DNA of 64,000 nucleotides. It comes from Daphnia carinata (taxonomy: Eukaryota). The stretch spans positions 12,214,001-12,278,000 of the forward strand of contig NC_081333.1 in NCBI RefSeq assembly GCF_022539665.2. Reading direction: 5' to 3'. The position numbers and the translations under genes were made by a program. Of the stretch, positions 60,401 through 64,000 are shown in pieces. Within the stretch, counting starts at the first letter, position 1. Every line of letters starts with the position of its first letter. The notes below the pieces were generated by a model. It saw nothing but the letters and a program-made list of their open reading frames with translations. It did no database searches and had not been told where the DNA came from.

Positions 60401-63400
60401 GTCTAAACGACATGGTGGCAAGATGGATGAGGGTTTTGCAGATATCTAAAAAAAAAAAATGCCTTTTCTTTCACAAGTCATTTTTATGAGTCCAATATGT
60501 TTCCAATAAATGGTTGCTGTTTAGAGCCGTGAACAACCAGCGTTCGTGATTGCCTCTTTTGTCAGGCCAAAATGGCGTCAGAGATGACCCGTTTTTTTTT
60601 TTTTGTATAGTGATTTCCATTTGGAATAGACTTCACCAAAGTTCCCCATTTTTACAAAATCAGCTGATGATTGAGCGAACCCAAAAGCTTCTTCAATTAT
60701 TAATATGCATTATTCTTTTATTTTTGACATCCGCTCCCCTCTTTCTGGAAAAACTCTTCAAATTGCTAATCATTGAGGATCGTTAACTCGAAGGAAACGA
60801 GAGGGGGTATACGTACATGGGCCCCCTCATTAGAAAACATTCGAAAATTTGCCTAAGAATGTATTTAGAAAAAATACGTTGAGTTTTAACTTTAATGTTT
60901 TACCCACAAAAGATGTAGACCAAGGGTGGAGTTTACTGACTACACCTTTGAAAAACATTTTCCATCTCACGTTCAGCCTTTTGAATTGATGTAGGACGTG
61001 CGACAGTAACGCAGACGGGATATTTCCTCCATTTATAATAAATGAGAATAATGGGAGGCCGATAAGTGAGGCTAAGGAAGAATGAACAACTGCTGTGCTG
61101 AAAGGGAAAAAAAATAGGATACGATCCAGCACGTACACGGATGGTGGGAGGGGGAAGGAAATAAAAAATTGGGGAGGGAGAGAGAACGGGGGGGGGGTGT
61201 CCATTAATTCTACTTTTTTCGGGCTCCGGCATCGAATGATAAGCAACGGAGAGGGGTGGCGGTGTAGGGGCGGAGTACACACACACACAGGTCAATAAAT
61301 CGATATACCTTTTATTGTGCTATTGCATGTGTCGTGTTGTTCGTCAGCAACTACGTAGATGGTGGAACAAAACAAAAAAAAAAGTCAGGGCCAGCTGGAT
61401 TGCCCCTGTCGATTGCCACAGACTCGGCAATTAACGTACATACGAAAACTTTTATGACCATTGTTTCTTGTCGTCTTTCGAATTTTTCTTTTGAAGGGGA
61501 GGGATTCAAAACTTTCCATTCGTAACAGATGAAGTATATGCAGATGACCACAATTTGAAACTTGTCAGATTTCTCCAAATATTTTTTTGTTTATTTCCTG
61601 CGCGGATGGATGTCTGTTGTTCGATTGCGTAACGGTAAAATCCTTTTACGACAGTTGTCATTTGGGCATCCGGAGTATCAAATGTGGGGGATTGTCCATT
61701 TTCAATACAGTCCGAGTGTATTGCACTACTTTGTATCAATTCAAAGTCCGCAATCAATAAAACACGAGGTCTAATAAAATTGTCGAACAAAATCCATTGT
61801 TCCAGGAAAAATGCTGTCTAAAATTAGACACATTTCTTCCAGACTACATCCTTCAAGAAAAAGGTTGATTAGGAATTGGAGCGAAAGATGAGCTGTCGTC
61901 TACAGAAAGTGCAAAAAGAGGCGTTGCCCGGATAAAGAAATTCAATACATCAAAAGATAAAGGAATATAGATGAGATGGGTCCTGACCGATTGGAGCGAA
62001 TGGACGCCGCATTAAAGACGACGGGGTTCCACCCCCTTGGAAAGAAAGCTTTTTTTTTTTGTACCGTCACAGTGGCTGACGTTAGCTGCCATGAAAAGAA
62101 GAAACTAATATATCAAAAGAACTTTGGCCCCCACTTTAGGGAGCAGCCAACTTGAAAATCCTTTTCGTGCTTTTTCTTTCCCTCTGTCCTTTTAAATTTT
62201 TCTTGCTGCACCAGCTCTCACGTGTCTATAGACCAGAGAGTTACAATGCACTTTTCTTTAAATAGTAAGTAACACCATGGCTCTTTTTTCAACAAACAAT
62301 TTTAGCTCTAAAAGCTTTTTTTTTTTATTTGGATGGGGGGTGAAATGTGTTGGGGTATTAATCTGCATTTTCATGTTGAAGATGCACACCTTTAAGCTGA
62401 TGCTTGTCAAATATTCGGGGGGACTATCTCTTTTGCATTTCTGAATTCTCGAGACGCTTCTTGTAACACGAGGCAATTAACGAAGGAAGGGGAACTTTGT
62501 CCCGAACTAATTGACACGACGTCATTGACGCTATTCCAGTTGTGTAGAACGATGACTTGATGTTGAAGGGGGTTTTCGTGAGAGCGACGTGATGGAGTTA
62601 ATCAACTCTGACAGATTTCTGTGTTATACGAATCCACTTTCACGTACATCAATCGAAAATGGCAATCATTTCCACGTGTCGATTAAAACCGGAATTTTTT
62701 TTTCAAACAAAAAAAGAATTGATGTACACACAACGTTCCACTTGTGTGTTCCAACATTTTTTGGGGTTTTTTCTCAAAGTCATTAAAAGTTGGAGCGGTT
62801 TCTCAGAAAACTCGTTACACTTAAAAATAACGTATCCCTAATTTGCGAGAAAGAAAGTTATTGTTCGTTTTTTGTTTTTCATTGTCGGCGTAGTTCTTTC
62901 CTGCCCCGACGTTTGTTTACATTTTAACTGAGTCATTCGATTCAACGATAGACGAATCTCTTTTAAAATACAATGGGCTTCTCTCTCTTTTTCGTGTGCT
63001 TATATAATTGCAACGAATAGTGTTACAAAATGTTTAATGAAACACGTAGTATACGAACGTAGGAAAAATAACAAACTCCCCCATTTGTTAATGGAAGCAC
63101 ATGAACCAAAATTTATATTGAACATTTCCCCCCCGGAAACCTCAAAAAAAAAAAAAAAAAAAGAGAACTGGCGTAGTCGAAAAACCTTTAAGAAAAAGGA
63201 AAGCCCATTAGTGTGATGGATCTTTCTCAATTGTGAATAACAACGTAAAAAAAAGGAACATTAATATAAATAAATCAAGTAACTTCCATCTTGTTTTCGT
63301 ATTCACATGACGTGCAACTTTGAAAATAACGGATGACTAATTAAAATTGGTTTTGTTATGCGGCCATGTTTTTTAATCGATATCAACACATTGTGTTGCA

Positions 63401-64000
63401 AAAGAGCCGGTTCGATTCAAAATTTTGAGCAATCATTTTTCAATAGGGGAATTATACAAAGAAAATACGGGTCGCCTTATAGGAGTGGCCAACGTTTTCG
63501 GCCAATCGACTCACTGCCAACAGAACAAAAGAATTTGGCATTTGTTATCGCTCTTTTTTGTGCTTCGAAAAGACTTTGTCGCGAGCCACATAGCCGTGAC
63601 GTCATCATCCGTCCGTAAAACATTTTTTTTTCTCTTTTAGGAAAAGAAATCAATTTTTCTTTTTACTAAAGGCACATTTGATGACGTCGGAAAAACAATA
63701 ATCCCCTCTAGCTTTTTTTTTCTGTTTTGTTTGTCCGAGTTCCACTCTGATAATTTTCTCAAATGTTATTATCATGTCGTTTTTTATGTTTCTGTCTGAT
63801 GGTTGTTTTTTATATCGAATTCAAAAGACTATTTTGAATCCATTTTCAGGAATTGCTCTCTCTACAATTGAAACAATCGATACGTGAAAGAGAGAGTTCC
63901 TTGTTTTTAAAGGTAAATTGCGTTTATTGTAGGGGGGGGGGCTTGTGTAACACGACAGCAAATTATTTTGTTTTAAAAGAGAAACAAAAGTCTTTTTCTT

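Noticed and set aside
54600..64000. Numerous 60-150 aa ORFs, including 58353-58577 and 61506-61790
   Set aside because: They are mostly Phe/Lys-rich translations of poly-T/poly-A and dinucleotide repeats. I found no consistent exon chain or recognisable motif, and no third copy of the paralog core.

Overview
Eukaryotic genomic DNA with compact genes and many 60-80 nt GT-AG introns. Gene content and style suggest a crustacean, most likely Daphnia (inference). 0-9.5 kb: the 3' part of a PLEKHH/MAX-1-type PH-PH-MyTH4-FERM gene (+) with one apparent +1 frameshift, then COX19 and PPCDC (-) separated by only 5 nt, a candidate dicistronic unit. 9.6-15.8 kb: an unusual repeat island. It holds a ~345-bp tandem array and a ~4.5-kb palindrome whose arms carry a decayed multi-exon gene. 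The palindrome spacer holds three tRNA-like units, and the island is bracketed by a degenerate direct repeat. 16-34 kb: NipSnap (+), ATP synthase F6 (-), MacroD (+), Arp2 (+, with a candidate 18-nt neural-type microexon), ATF3 (-, with a readable CRE/CCAAT/TATA promoter) and HIF-alpha/sima (-, two ODD motifs, no visible C-TAD). 37-54.5 kb: two tandem paralogous two-exon genes of unknown function. They share an N-terminal motif, a ~42-aa conserved core and a Cys-rich motif. 55-64 kb: AT-rich, apparently non-coding sequence. Exon boundaries were read by eye and may be off by a few bases.
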